Assembly (NCBI GenBank): GCA_963805625.1
Contig: CAWDVE010000010.1
Coordinates: forward strand, 128,001 to 192,000
Source: an uncultured Candidatus Rokubacteria bacterium
GTDB taxonomy: Bacteria > Methylomirabilota > Methylomirabilia > Rokubacteriales > DASRDR01
Direction of reading: 5' to 3'
Length of the DNA stretch: 64,000 nt
In this document: in pieces, positions 44,443-53,900 of the stretch
How positions within the stretch are numbered: position 1 is the stretch's first letter
Layout of the letters: the number at the start of each line of letters is the position of its first letter
Notes under the pieces: generated by a model
Database searches by the model: none
The model's input: the letters and a program-made list of their open reading frames with translations, nothing else
What the model was told of the DNA's origin: nothing
Translations under genes and position numbers: made by a program

Positions 44443-45822
44443 GTGACGTCCACGCCGGTCGCGGAGACACCGCCCCGGGGGAGCCAGCGTCGGGGCCTGG
44501 CTCCGGTGACCGTCGCGTTCGCGACGCTCGGGTGCAAACTGAACCAGTACGACACGTCGGAGGTCCAGGCGCTGCTGGAGGCCGGGGGATTCCGGACGGT
44601 ACCGTTCGAGACCCCGGCGCAGGTCTACGTCATCAACACCTGCACCGTAACGGCCCGGGCCGACTACTCCGATCGCCAGGCCATCCGCCGCGCCGTCGCG
44701 CGAAATCCCGAGGCGGTGGTCGTCGTCACCGGATGCTACGCCCAGACCAACCCGGGCGCGGTGGCGGCGATCCCCGGGGTGGATATGGTCCTCGGCACCC
44801 AGGATCGTCACGCCCTGCCGGCCCTCCTCGACCAGGTCCGGAAGCGCGCGCGCCCGCTCGTCCAGGTGAGCGACGTGTTCCTGGAGCGGGCGCTCCCGGT
44901 CATCCCGGTCCGACGATTCACGCCGGGCTACACGCGGGCCTTCGTGAAGGTCCAGGATGGCTGCCAGCACCGCTGTAGCTTCTGCATCGTGCCGTTCGCC
45001 CGGGGCGGGAGCCGGAGCCAGGCCGTCGAGGCCGTCGTCGAGCAGATCGAGGGGCTCGTGGGCGCCGGCTACGCGGAGGTCGTTCTCACCGGCGTGGACC
45101 TCGGCCACTACGGCTGGGACCTCAGCCCCCGGACGACGCTGGCGGCCCTGGTGCGGCGGCTCCTCGACGTCCGCGGGCTCACCCGGCTTCGCCTGTCATC
45201 CGTGCTGCCCGCCTACTTCACCGACGAGCTGGTCGAGCTGATCGCCGGCGAGCGCCGGGTCTGTCGCCACCTCCACGTGCCGCTCCAGTCCGGGTCCGAC
45301 CGGGTGCTCCGGGCGATGCGGCGACCGTACAACACCCGGATGTACCGCGCGCTGATCGAGCGTCTTGCGGGGGCGATCCCCGATCTCGGACTCGGGGCCG
45401 ACGTCATCACGGGGTTCCCCGGGGAGACGGATGCCGACTTCGACGCGACCGAGGCGCTCGTCGAGGCCCTGCCGTTCACCTATCTCCACGTCTTCTCGTA
45501 CTCGGACCGCCGGGGAACCGAGGCGGCCCGCGGACGGGCGCCCCGCGTGGCGCCCGAGACGATCCGGCAGCGTACGGCCCATCTCCGACGCCTCGGTGCT
45601 GCCAAGCAGCTCGGGTTCCGCCGGGCCCAGATCGGCCGCGAGCTTCCCCTGCTCGTCCTCGAGCACCGCGAGCGAGAGACGCGGCAGCTCGTCGGTCTCA
45701 CCGACAACTACCTGGAGCTTGTCTTCCACGGGCCCGACGCGCTCATGCGCGCGTTCGCGCGAGTCCGGGTGACCGGCCAGGACGGGGCGAGACTGGAAGG
45801 AACGCTCGTCAGCGATGGGTGA
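44443..45822 (+). CDS. mtaB: tRNA methylthiotransferase MtaB
   Basis: TLGCKLNQYD, NTCTVT, TGCYAQ, KVQDGCQHRCSFC, HVFSYS.R.GT and LTDNY motifs. Confidence 0.9.
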   Translation: MTSTPVAETPPRGSQRRGLAPVTVAFATLGCKLNQYDTSEVQALLEAGGFRTVPFETPAQVYVINTCTVTARADYSDRQAIRRAVARNPEAVVVVTGCYAQTNPGAVAAIPGVDMVLGTQDRHALPALLDQVRKRARPLVQVSDVFLERALPVIPVRRFTPGYTRAFVKVQDGCQHRCSFCIVPFARGGSRSQAVEAVVEQIEGLVGAGYAEVVLTGVDLGHYGWDLSPRTTLAALVRRLLDVRGLTRLRLSSVLPAYFTDELVELIAGERRVCRHLHVPLQSGSDRVLRAMRRPYNTRMYRALIERLAGAIPDLGLGADVITGFPGETDADFDATEALVEALPFTYLHVFSYSDRRGTEAARGRAPRVAPETIRQRTAHLRRLGAAKQLGFRRAQIGRELPLLVLEHRERETRQLVGLTDNYLELVFHGPDALMRAFARVRVTGQDGARLEGTLVSDG

Positions 45823-46783
45823 GCCGCGAGTCGGCATCATCGGGGGCAGTGGGCTCTACGAGCTGGAGGGCCTGACCGACGTCCGCTGGCACCGGGTGCG
45901 GACGCCCTTCGGCGATCCGTCAGATGCCTACTGCATCGGCCGCCTCGGCGACCGCGAGATCGTGTTCCTCCCGCGCCACGGGCGCGGTCACCGGCTGATC
46001 CCCTCGGAGCTGCCCTTCCGCGCGAATCTCTACGGGATGAAGGCGCTCGGCGTGGAGTGGGTCATTTCCGTGAGCGCGGTCGGCAGCATGCGCGAGCAGA
46101 TCGCGCCCCTCGACCTCGTCATTCCTGACCAGTTCTACGACCACACGAAGCGGCGCATCCCCTCGTTCTTCGAGGAGGGGATCGTGGCACACGTCTCGAT
46201 GGCGGAGCCGGTGTGCCCCGATCTTGCGGGTGCGCTGCAGGCGGCCTCTGCCGAGACCGGGGCGACCGTCCACCAGGGCGGCACGTATCTCTGCATCGAG
46301 GGCCCGCAGTTCTCGACGAAGGCGGAGTCCCGGATCTACCGGGACTGGGGCGTCGACGTCATCGGGATGACGAACGTCCCCGAGGTCAAGCTGGCGCGCG
46401 AGGCGGAGCTCTGCTACGCGACGCTCGCGCTCGTCACGGACTACGACGTCTGGCACGAGACCGAGGCCGAGGTGACGGTCGAGGCGGTCGTGGCGAACCT
46501 CATGAAGAATGTCGCCACTGCCAAGAACGTGCTGAGGCGCGTCATCCCGCGGCTCCATGGGCCTCGGACCTGCGCCTGTCCGGGGCTTCTCCGGAGCGCC
46601 GTGATCACGTCTCCGGCGGCGTTCCCCCCATTGGCCCGGCGGCGGCTGGACCTCCTGATCGGGAAGTACTTCCCGCCGACCCCGCCGGCGCCGACCGCGC
46701 GGCCGCGCCGCCCGGCGGCGCCACTCCGCACCCCTCGGCGCGGAGCCAAGAGTCCGAAGGACAGCGGAGCGCGCCGTGGCTGA
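45815..46783 (+). CDS. mtnP: S-methyl-5'-thioadenosine phosphorylase
   Basis: GIIGGSG, RHGRGH, EGPQFST.AES, GMT and VTDYD motifs. Confidence 0.92.
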   Translation: MGEPRVGIIGGSGLYELEGLTDVRWHRVRTPFGDPSDAYCIGRLGDREIVFLPRHGRGHRLIPSELPFRANLYGMKALGVEWVISVSAVGSMREQIAPLDLVIPDQFYDHTKRRIPSFFEEGIVAHVSMAEPVCPDLAGALQAASAETGATVHQGGTYLCIEGPQFSTKAESRIYRDWGVDVIGMTNVPEVKLAREAELCYATLALVTDYDVWHETEAEVTVEAVVANLMKNVATAKNVLRRVIPRLHGPRTCACPGLLRSAVITSPAAFPPLARRRLDLLIGKYFPPTPPAPTARPRRPAAPLRTPRRGAKSPKDSGARRG

Positions 46784-47684
46784 CCTCCTGGTCACGGGCA
46801 CGCTGGCCCTCGACGACGTCCGCACGCCCTTCGGCGAGGTCGCCGACGCGCTCGGCGGATCGGGCACGTTCTTCGCCTATGCCGCTTCCTTCTTCACGGA
46901 CGTCAAGCTCGTCGCCGTGGTGGGCCACGACTTTCCCAAGGAGCATCTGGAGCTCCTGGCCGGCCGCGGCGTGGACCTCACCGGCGTGCAGGTCACGGAC
47001 GGGGCGACCTTCCGCTGGACGGGGGAGTACGGCTACGATCTGAACGAGGCGAAGACGCTCGACACGCGCCTGGGGGTGCTCGCCGACTTCAAGCCCGAGC
47101 TGCCCGGGCACTTCCGCCGTTGCCCGTTCGTCTTCCTGGCCAACCTCGACCCGGTGATCCAGCTGGACGTGCTCCGGAGCATGGAGCGTCCGCGGTTGGC
47201 GGCGCTCGACACGATGAACTTCTGGATCAAAGGGAAGCCCGAGGCCCTCCGGGTGGTTCTGCGCGAAGTCGACGCGCTCCTGGTCAATGACACCGAGGCC
47301 CGGATGCTGGCGGGGGAGCCCAACCTGGTCAAGGCGGCGCGCGTGATTCTCGAATGGGGCCCCCGCGTCGTCGTGGTCAAGCGGGGCGAGTACGGCGCGC
47401 TCATGGTGACGCCGGAGCGCTTCTTTTTCGTCCCGGCGTATCCGCTCGAATCCGTGTTCGATCCCACCGGGGCAGGGGACACGTTTGCCGGCGGGTTCAT
47501 GGGCGTGCTAGCGGGCGGGGGGGCGACGGACGAGGCGGCGCTCCGGCGCGCCATCGTGTACGGCAGCGTGATCGCCTCGTTCACCGTCGAGGACTTCTCG
47601 CTGAACCGCCTCAAGCGCCTGACGCGGGCCGAGATCGAGGCGCGCTATCGCGCCTTCCGGGAGATGATGCAGGTTGAGCCCTGA
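46776..47684 (+). CDS. PfkB family sugar/nucleoside kinase
   Basis: LGGSG, DTMNFWI, KRGEYG and DPTGAGDTFAGG motifs. Confidence 0.92.
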   Translation: MADLLVTGTLALDDVRTPFGEVADALGGSGTFFAYAASFFTDVKLVAVVGHDFPKEHLELLAGRGVDLTGVQVTDGATFRWTGEYGYDLNEAKTLDTRLGVLADFKPELPGHFRRCPFVFLANLDPVIQLDVLRSMERPRLAALDTMNFWIKGKPEALRVVLREVDALLVNDTEARMLAGEPNLVKAARVILEWGPRVVVVKRGEYGALMVTPERFFFVPAYPLESVFDPTGAGDTFAGGFMGVLAGGGATDEAALRRAIVYGSVIASFTVEDFSLNRLKRLTRAEIEARYRAFREMMQVEP

Positions 47685-48558
47685 GGCTCCGAACGCCGAC
47701 CGCGCCCTGGCCGGGGTCGCCCCGGAGACCCGGGTCAAGTACGCCCGGTTGCTCGGCGGGCTGCGTGAGCTCGAGAGCCTCGCCGTCGCCTTCTCGGGCG
47801 GCGTGGATTCCACGCTCCTCGGATGGGCGGCGCGAGAGGCTCTGGGGCAGCGGGCCGTCCTGGTGACCGCCGACTCGGAGAGCTATGCCGAGGGCGAGCT
47901 CGAGGAAGCCCGTCAGCTCGCCGCTCGGATCGGTCTCCGTCACGTCGTCATCGAGACGCGGGAGCTCGACAATCCGGAGTACGCCGCCAACCCTCCAAAC
48001 CGGTGCTTCTTCTGCAAGGAGGAGCTCTTCTCGCGCCTCGAGCCGCTCGCCCGGGCTGAGGGCCTGCGCCACCTCGTCTACGGCGCGACCGTGGACGATC
48101 TCGGCGATCACCGCCCCGGGATGGTCGCGGCCCGCCAGCGCGGCGTCCGCGCGCCGCTGATCGACGCCGGGCTCGGGAAGGCTGAGATCCGGGATCTTTC
48201 CCGCGCGTTCGAGCTCCCGACCTGGGACAAGCCGGCGATGGCGTGCCTGTCCTCGCGCTTTCCTTACGGCACGCCGATCACCGCCGAGAAGCTCCGCCAG
48301 GTCGACCGCGCCGAGGCGGCCGTCCGGGCGCTCGGGTTCCGGAACTTCCGTGTGCGGCACCATGGAGAGATCGCCCGGCTTGAGATCGCGCGCGAGGAGA
48401 TGGGGCGCCTCTGGGAGGACGGGCGGGCCGATGCCCTGGCCGAGCGGCTCGGGGAGCTGGGATTCGTACACGTGACGCTCGACCTCCGGGGCTTCCGGTC
48501 GGGCAGCCTCAACGAGGCTCTCCTCAGGCTCCGCGCGCGCCGGGCGGGCGGGGGCTGA
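47674..48558 (+). CDS. larE: ATP-dependent sulfur transferase LarE
   Basis: AFSGGVDS PP-loop, RCFFCK, DHRPG, CLSSRFPYG and RVRHHG motifs. Confidence 0.92.
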   Translation: MSPEAPNADRALAGVAPETRVKYARLLGGLRELESLAVAFSGGVDSTLLGWAAREALGQRAVLVTADSESYAEGELEEARQLAARIGLRHVVIETRELDNPEYAANPPNRCFFCKEELFSRLEPLARAEGLRHLVYGATVDDLGDHRPGMVAARQRGVRAPLIDAGLGKAEIRDLSRAFELPTWDKPAMACLSSRFPYGTPITAEKLRQVDRAEAAVRALGFRNFRVRHHGEIARLEIAREEMGRLWEDGRADALAERLGELGFVHVTLDLRGFRSGSLNEALLRLRARRAGGG

Positions 48559-48604
48559 CCCCGGTGCCCGTGACGTCCAGTTCGACCGTGGGTGCCACCG
48601 CCTG

Positions 48605-49363
48605 ATGGACCCGAACCGGCTGCGGGAGCTCCTGCTGGCAGTCCAGCAGGGAGGTGTCTCGCCGGACGAGGCGCTCGCCCGACTGCGGCGGCTCCCCTTC
48701 GAGGACCTGGGTTACGCACGTCTCGACACGCACCGGGCCCTCCGTGCGGGCGCGCCGGAGACCGTGTACTGCCCCGGCAAGTCGGCGGACCAGGTCGTCG
48801 CGATCCTCGCCCGGCTCGCCGAGTCCCACGCGAACGTCCTCGCCACCCGGGCCACGCCGGAGGTGCAGGCCCTCGCGGCCCAGGCCGGGCTCCGCATTGC
48901 CTGGCACCCCACCGCCCGCATCCTGGTCGCGAATCCCGAGGCATCCGAGGGTGTGGGGCTCATCGTCGTGGTCTCGGCGGGGACCTCCGATCTCGCCATC
49001 GCCGAGGAGGCGGCCGTGACCGCCGAGGTGCGCGGCAACCGGGTCGAGCGGGTCTACGACGCCGGCGTCGCCGGCCTCCACCGTCTTCTCGCCCAGCATC
49101 CGCTTCTCCTCGAGGCTAACGCCATCGTGGTCGTCGCGGGGATGGAAGGCGCGCTCGCGAGCGTCGTCGGCGGGCTGGTCGACCGGCCCGTGATCGCGGT
49201 GCCGACCAGTGTCGGCTACGGCGTCTCGGAGGGTGGCTTCGCCGCGCTCCTCACGATGCTGGCGACGTGCGTGCCCGGCATCGGGGTGGTGAATATCGAC
49301 AACGGCTTCGGAGCCGCCTGCCTCGCCGATCGGATCAACAAGCTCGCCGCCAAGATCCGGTAG
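48605..49363 (+). CDS. larB: NPN cofactor biosynthesis carboxylase/hydrolase LarB
   Basis: LDTHRALR.G.PE, AGTSD, AGMEGAL, PTSVGYG and VNIDNGFGA motifs. Confidence 0.93.
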   Translation: MDPNRLRELLLAVQQGGVSPDEALARLRRLPFEDLGYARLDTHRALRAGAPETVYCPGKSADQVVAILARLAESHANVLATRATPEVQALAAQAGLRIAWHPTARILVANPEASEGVGLIVVVSAGTSDLAIAEEAAVTAEVRGNRVERVYDAGVAGLHRLLAQHPLLLEANAIVVVAGMEGALASVVGGLVDRPVIAVPTSVGYGVSEGGFAALLTMLATCVPGIGVVNIDNGFGAACLADRINKLAAKIR

Positions 49364-49661
49364 GGGCCGCGTGCTCCCTTCCGGCGACTCGACGCCGTTC
49401 CGACCCCGTTTCCTGATCGGGGTCGTGCTCGTCTGGAGCCGGGAGGGTGCGGGCAGGGCGTCTGGCCACGGCGGGAATCCCCGCGCGGCTCCCGTGGCTC
49501 CTCGGGGCTCTCGTGGCGGTGTGGCTCCCCAGGGCCACGATCTCGCGGTTCCCCGCCCGGGCGCGGCTCCCGCCGACGGTTCCTGATACACTACCCGCGC
49601 GCCGCGAGGGCGGCGCCATAGGCCCCATAGTTCATTGTTGGCCCCGATTCGGAGGATCTCC

Positions 49662-51338
49662 ATGCCGCTCACGTCGGGCAAGCGCGCCTTCCTGGACGTT
49701 CTCAAGCAGGAGGGCGTCGAGTATCTGTTCGGGAACCCGGGGACGACCGAGCTCCCGCTCATGGACGGTCTCGTCGATGAGCCCGCGCTCACGTACGTGC
49801 TGGCCCTCCAGGAGGCGGCGGTCGTGGCGATGGCCGACGGGTACGCCCAGGCCTCGGGCAAGCTCGGAGTCATCAGCGTCCACGTGGCCCCCGGGCTCGG
49901 GAACGCACTCGGGATGCTCTACGACGCCCAGAAGGCGGGAGCGCCCCTGCTGGTGACCGCGGGCCAGCACGATCAGAGCTTCAACGTCACCGAGCCCATC
50001 CTCTGGGCCGACCTCCCTCCGATCGCGCGCCCCTTCGTGAAGTGGTCGGCGGAAGTGCGCCGCCTCGAGGACCTGCCGCGTCTCGTCCACCGCGCGGCGA
50101 AGACCGCGCTGGCTCCCCCGACCGGCCCGGTCTTCCTGTCGCTGCCGGCGGACGTCCTCCAGGCCGAGGGCGTTGTCGAGCTGGGGGCGCCCACGCGCGT
50201 CGCGCCTCGGATCCGCGGTGACCGCGCGGCGGTGGAGGCGGCCGCCGAGACCCTGGCGCGGGCGGAGCGTCCCTTGATCCTGGCGGGGGATGCCGTCGCA
50301 TACAGTGACGCCCACGCGGAGCTCGTGGCCGTGGCGGAAGCGCTCGGCGCGCCGGTCTACGCCGAGGGCGTGGCGAACACGGCGTCGTTCCCGTCGTCGC
50401 ATCCGCTGTTCCGGGGCCCGTTCCTTCGGGTGGCGCCTGCGGTGCGTCAGGTGCTGTCGGAGGCCGACGTGCTGTTCTCGGTCGGCGGCGACCTTCTGAC
50501 GCTCTCGCTCCCGTCCGACATCGACCCCATGCCGCCCGGACTCGAGGTGATCCACCTCGACACCGATCCCTGGGAGCTCGGGAAGAACTACCCCACGGGT
50601 GTGGCGATTCTCGGCGATCCGAAGGCGACGCTCCCCGATCTCCTTGCGGCGCTCGAGGCACGGATGACCCCCGCCCGGCGCCGGCAGGCACGCGAGCGAT
50701 TGGGGGCCACCCGCGTGGCCAAGACGCGCCACATGGAGGAGCTCCGAGCCCGGGCCCGGGCCGAGGCGCAGCGGATGCCGATGACGTCACTCGCCGCGAT
50801 CAGCGCGGTCGCCGACGCGCTCCCGCCCGACGCGGTCGTGGTGGATGAGTCGATCTCCTCGAGCGGAGGTCTTCGGACGCTCGTCCGGAGCGACGATCCG
50901 CGAAGCTTCTTCGGGCTCCGGGGCGGCGGGATCGGTTGGGGCTTGCCCGCCGCGCTCGGGGTGAAGCTCGCGCTCCCCGACCGGCCGGTCGTGGCCCTGA
51001 TCGGCGATGGGAGCGCCATGTACACCTGCCAGGCGCTCTGGACCGCGGCGCGCTATCGCCTCGGCGTCACGTTCGTGATCCTGAACAACGCCTCCTACCG
51101 CATCCTCAAGCAGCGGATCCATGCGATGAAGGGCTTCGCGGCCCAGGCCGACCAGTACATCGCCATGGATCTCGAGGACCCGCGCGTCGACTTCGTGCGC
51201 CTGGCCGAGTCACTCGGCGTGCGGGCCGAGCGAATCGAGAAGCCGCCCGACGTGGGACCGGCGCTCGGCCGGGCCCTTGCTACCTCCGGTCCAACGCTCC
51301 TCGAGGTGCAGCTCGACCGGAGCTTCAAGCCCGCGTGA
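49662..51338 (+). CDS. ThDP-dependent enzyme, benzoylformate decarboxylase-like
   Basis: FGNPGTTELP, LQE...AMADGYA, HVAPGLGN and GDGSAMY...NN motifs. Confidence 0.9.
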   Translation: MPLTSGKRAFLDVLKQEGVEYLFGNPGTTELPLMDGLVDEPALTYVLALQEAAVVAMADGYAQASGKLGVISVHVAPGLGNALGMLYDAQKAGAPLLVTAGQHDQSFNVTEPILWADLPPIARPFVKWSAEVRRLEDLPRLVHRAAKTALAPPTGPVFLSLPADVLQAEGVVELGAPTRVAPRIRGDRAAVEAAAETLARAERPLILAGDAVAYSDAHAELVAVAEALGAPVYAEGVANTASFPSSHPLFRGPFLRVAPAVRQVLSEADVLFSVGGDLLTLSLPSDIDPMPPGLEVIHLDTDPWELGKNYPTGVAILGDPKATLPDLLAALEARMTPARRRQARERLGATRVAKTRHMEELRARARAEAQRMPMTSLAAISAVADALPPDAVVVDESISSSGGLRTLVRSDDPRSFFGLRGGGIGWGLPAALGVKLALPDRPVVALIGDGSAMYTCQALWTAARYRLGVTFVILNNASYRILKQRIHAMKGFAAQADQYIAMDLEDPRVDFVRLAESLGVRAERIEKPPDVGPALGRALATSGPTLLEVQLDRSFKPA

Positions 51339-51360
51339 GAGGGCGCGGCCGGCTCGGCAC

Positions 51361-52572
51361 ATGAAGATCGCGTACTTTGACTGTCCGTCGGGCGCCAGCG
51401 GAGACATGGTCCTCGGCGCCCTCGTCGATGCCGGGTGCGAGCTCGGCATGCTCGAGGCCGCGCTGGCGAGCCTCGGGGTCGAGGGCTGGCGCCTCGAGGC
51501 GCGGGCGGTCGAGCGCGGGGGACTCCGCGGTACCCACCTCGTGGTGCGCACGGATCCGGCTCGCCGCTTCGACACCCTCGACGAGATGCTACGACCCATC
51601 GCGCGCTCGACCCTGCCGGACGCCGTCAAGACGCGCGCGAGGGCCGTGCTCCAGCGGCTGGCCGAGGCCGAGGCGCGCGTGCACCAGGTCCCGGTCGACG
51701 CCGTGCACTTCCACGAGGTGGGCGATCTCGATACCCTCGTCGACGTGGTGGGGTCGGTGGCTGGCCTCCATGCCCTCGGGGTGGATCGGGTGCACGTCTC
51801 GCCGCTGCCGATCGGTGGCGGCACCGTGCCGACGGCGCACGGGCGACTTCCGGTCCCCGCGCCGGCGACGGTCGAGCTGCTCCGCGGGTTCCCGGTATAC
51901 GACAACGGGGTCGCCGCGGAGCTGGTCACGCCGACGGGGGCGGCCATCCTCACGACGCTCGGGACGCCTGGCCGCCTGCCAGCCATGACCCTCGAGCGGA
52001 TCGGCTGGGGGGCGGGAACACGGGAGTTGCCGGTGCCGAACCTCCTGCGTGTCCTCGTGGGACAGACGGCGCCCGTGGAGTCGGAACCCGGCGAGGTAGA
52101 GACGCTGGTGAGCGTCGAGACGACCATCGACGACATGTCGCCCCAGCTCTACGAGCCGCTCGTCGACCGGCTTCTGGCGGCCGGCGCGCTCGACGTGTAC
52201 CTCACCCCCGTGGTCATGAAGCGGAGCCGCCCTGGGACCGTGCTGACGGCGCTGGCCCCCCCGGAACTCGCGGATCGGCTCGCGGACGTGCTGTTCCGTG
52301 AGACGACGACGATCGGGGTCCGCTGGAGCGAGGTCCGGCGTCGCCGGCTCCCGCGGGAGCTGGTGCGCCTCCCCACGACGTTCGGGCCGGTGACCTTCAA
52401 GCTCTCGACGCTTGGCGGTCGCGTCGTGACGGTCACGCCCGAGTTCGAGGAGGTGCGCCGGATCGCCGACGCCGAGGGACGGCCGGTCCGCGAGGTGCTG
52501 GAGACTGTGCGGTTGGAGGGGCTCCGGGCGATCGAGGCGGACGCGGCCGCTCGAGGGGCGCGAGGGGACTGA
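51361..52572 (+). CDS. larC: Nickel insertase LarC
   Basis: YFDCPSGASGDM, HFHEVG, HG..PVPAPAT, ELVTPTGA, ETTIDD and MKRSRPG motifs. Confidence 0.93.
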   Translation: MKIAYFDCPSGASGDMVLGALVDAGCELGMLEAALASLGVEGWRLEARAVERGGLRGTHLVVRTDPARRFDTLDEMLRPIARSTLPDAVKTRARAVLQRLAEAEARVHQVPVDAVHFHEVGDLDTLVDVVGSVAGLHALGVDRVHVSPLPIGGGTVPTAHGRLPVPAPATVELLRGFPVYDNGVAAELVTPTGAAILTTLGTPGRLPAMTLERIGWGAGTRELPVPNLLRVLVGQTAPVESEPGEVETLVSVETTIDDMSPQLYEPLVDRLLAAGALDVYLTPVVMKRSRPGTVLTALAPPELADRLADVLFRETTTIGVRWSEVRRRRLPRELVRLPTTFGPVTFKLSTLGGRVVTVTPEFEEVRRIADAEGRPVREVLETVRLEGLRAIEADAAARGARGD

Positions 52573-52614
52573 ACCTGGCCCGCCTCCGGGCGGGTGAACG
52601 GGAGGGAGCGACGG

Positions 52615-52872
52615 ATGACGGGAATCCCTGGCATGGCGGTGCCGGTCTTCACGCTGGTGAACGCGGGGCTCGCGATGACGTTCCTGGGAGCGGGCCTCCT
52701 TCTGCTGATCGCCCTCTGGTGGACACAGGCCGGGGACGGGATCGAGATCCCTCGCCAGCGCTGGCCCGCGGCGGCGCGCTTCGGCGCGCTGGCCGGGTGG
52801 CTCCTCTGGGTCGGGGGCTTCGCGGTCCAGCTTCTCGGCCACTTCGCGATGGTCGGCGTCGCGCGGTGGTGA
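52615..52872 (+). CDS. Small two-TM hypothetical membrane protein
   Basis: Hydrophobic ORF with a GGAGGGAG RBS. Confidence 0.55.
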   Translation: MTGIPGMAVPVFTLVNAGLAMTFLGAGLLLLIALWWTQAGDGIEIPRQRWPAAARFGALAGWLLWVGGFAVQLLGHFAMVGVARW

Positions 52873-52934
52873 GCACCTTGACAGTCTCGCGCGGGCGGCG
52901 GTAGGGTACCTCTGCCTCGTGGCCGGCGGACCCA

Positions 52935-53384
52935 ATGACCCTCGACGGTAGCCATCATTTCAAGGCCCCGCGTCATCGCGTGTGGGCATTGTTCAACGAT
53001 CCCGGTGTGCTCGCGCGCGCCACGCCCGGGTGCGAGCGGCTTGAGCCCGTCGGGCCGGACGAGTTCGAGGCGACCCTGTCCGTCGGGGTGGCGGCCGTGA
53101 AGGGGACGTACCAGGGTCGGCTCGCCATCACCGACAAGCGGGAGCCCGACGGGTACACGCTCCGCGTCGAGGGCACCGGCCGCCCGGGCTTCGTCAAGGG
53201 GGAGGGGCGGCTGACCCTCGAAGAGCAGGACGGCGGGACCCTGGCGACGATCAAGGCCGAGGCCCAGGTCGGCGGACTCATCGCGGCCGTCGGCCAGCGC
53301 CTGGTTGGCGCCGCCGGTCGCATGCTCATGTCGCAGTTCTTCTCGGCGCTGGAGGCGGAGCTCAACAAGTCCGCCACCGCGTGA
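52935..53384 (+). CDS. coxG: CoxG/SRPBCC family protein
   Basis: [15 protein letters not shown] and [11 protein letters not shown] motifs; promoter TTGACA-18-TAGGGT at 52878-52907. Confidence 0.9.
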   Translation: MTLDGSHHFKAPRHRVWALFNDPGVLARATPGCERLEPVGPDEFEATLSVGVAAVKGTYQGRLAITDKREPDGYTLRVEGTGRPGFVKGEGRLTLEEQDGGTLATIKAEAQVGGLIAAVGQRLVGAAGRMLMSQFFSALEAELNKSATA

Positions 53385-53421
53385 GGCGCTCCACGCTCGC
53401 AACCCAATGGGGGGTCCAGCG

Positions 53422-53883
<462 letters not shown>

Positions 53884-53900
53884 GGACGGGGGAAACGGCC

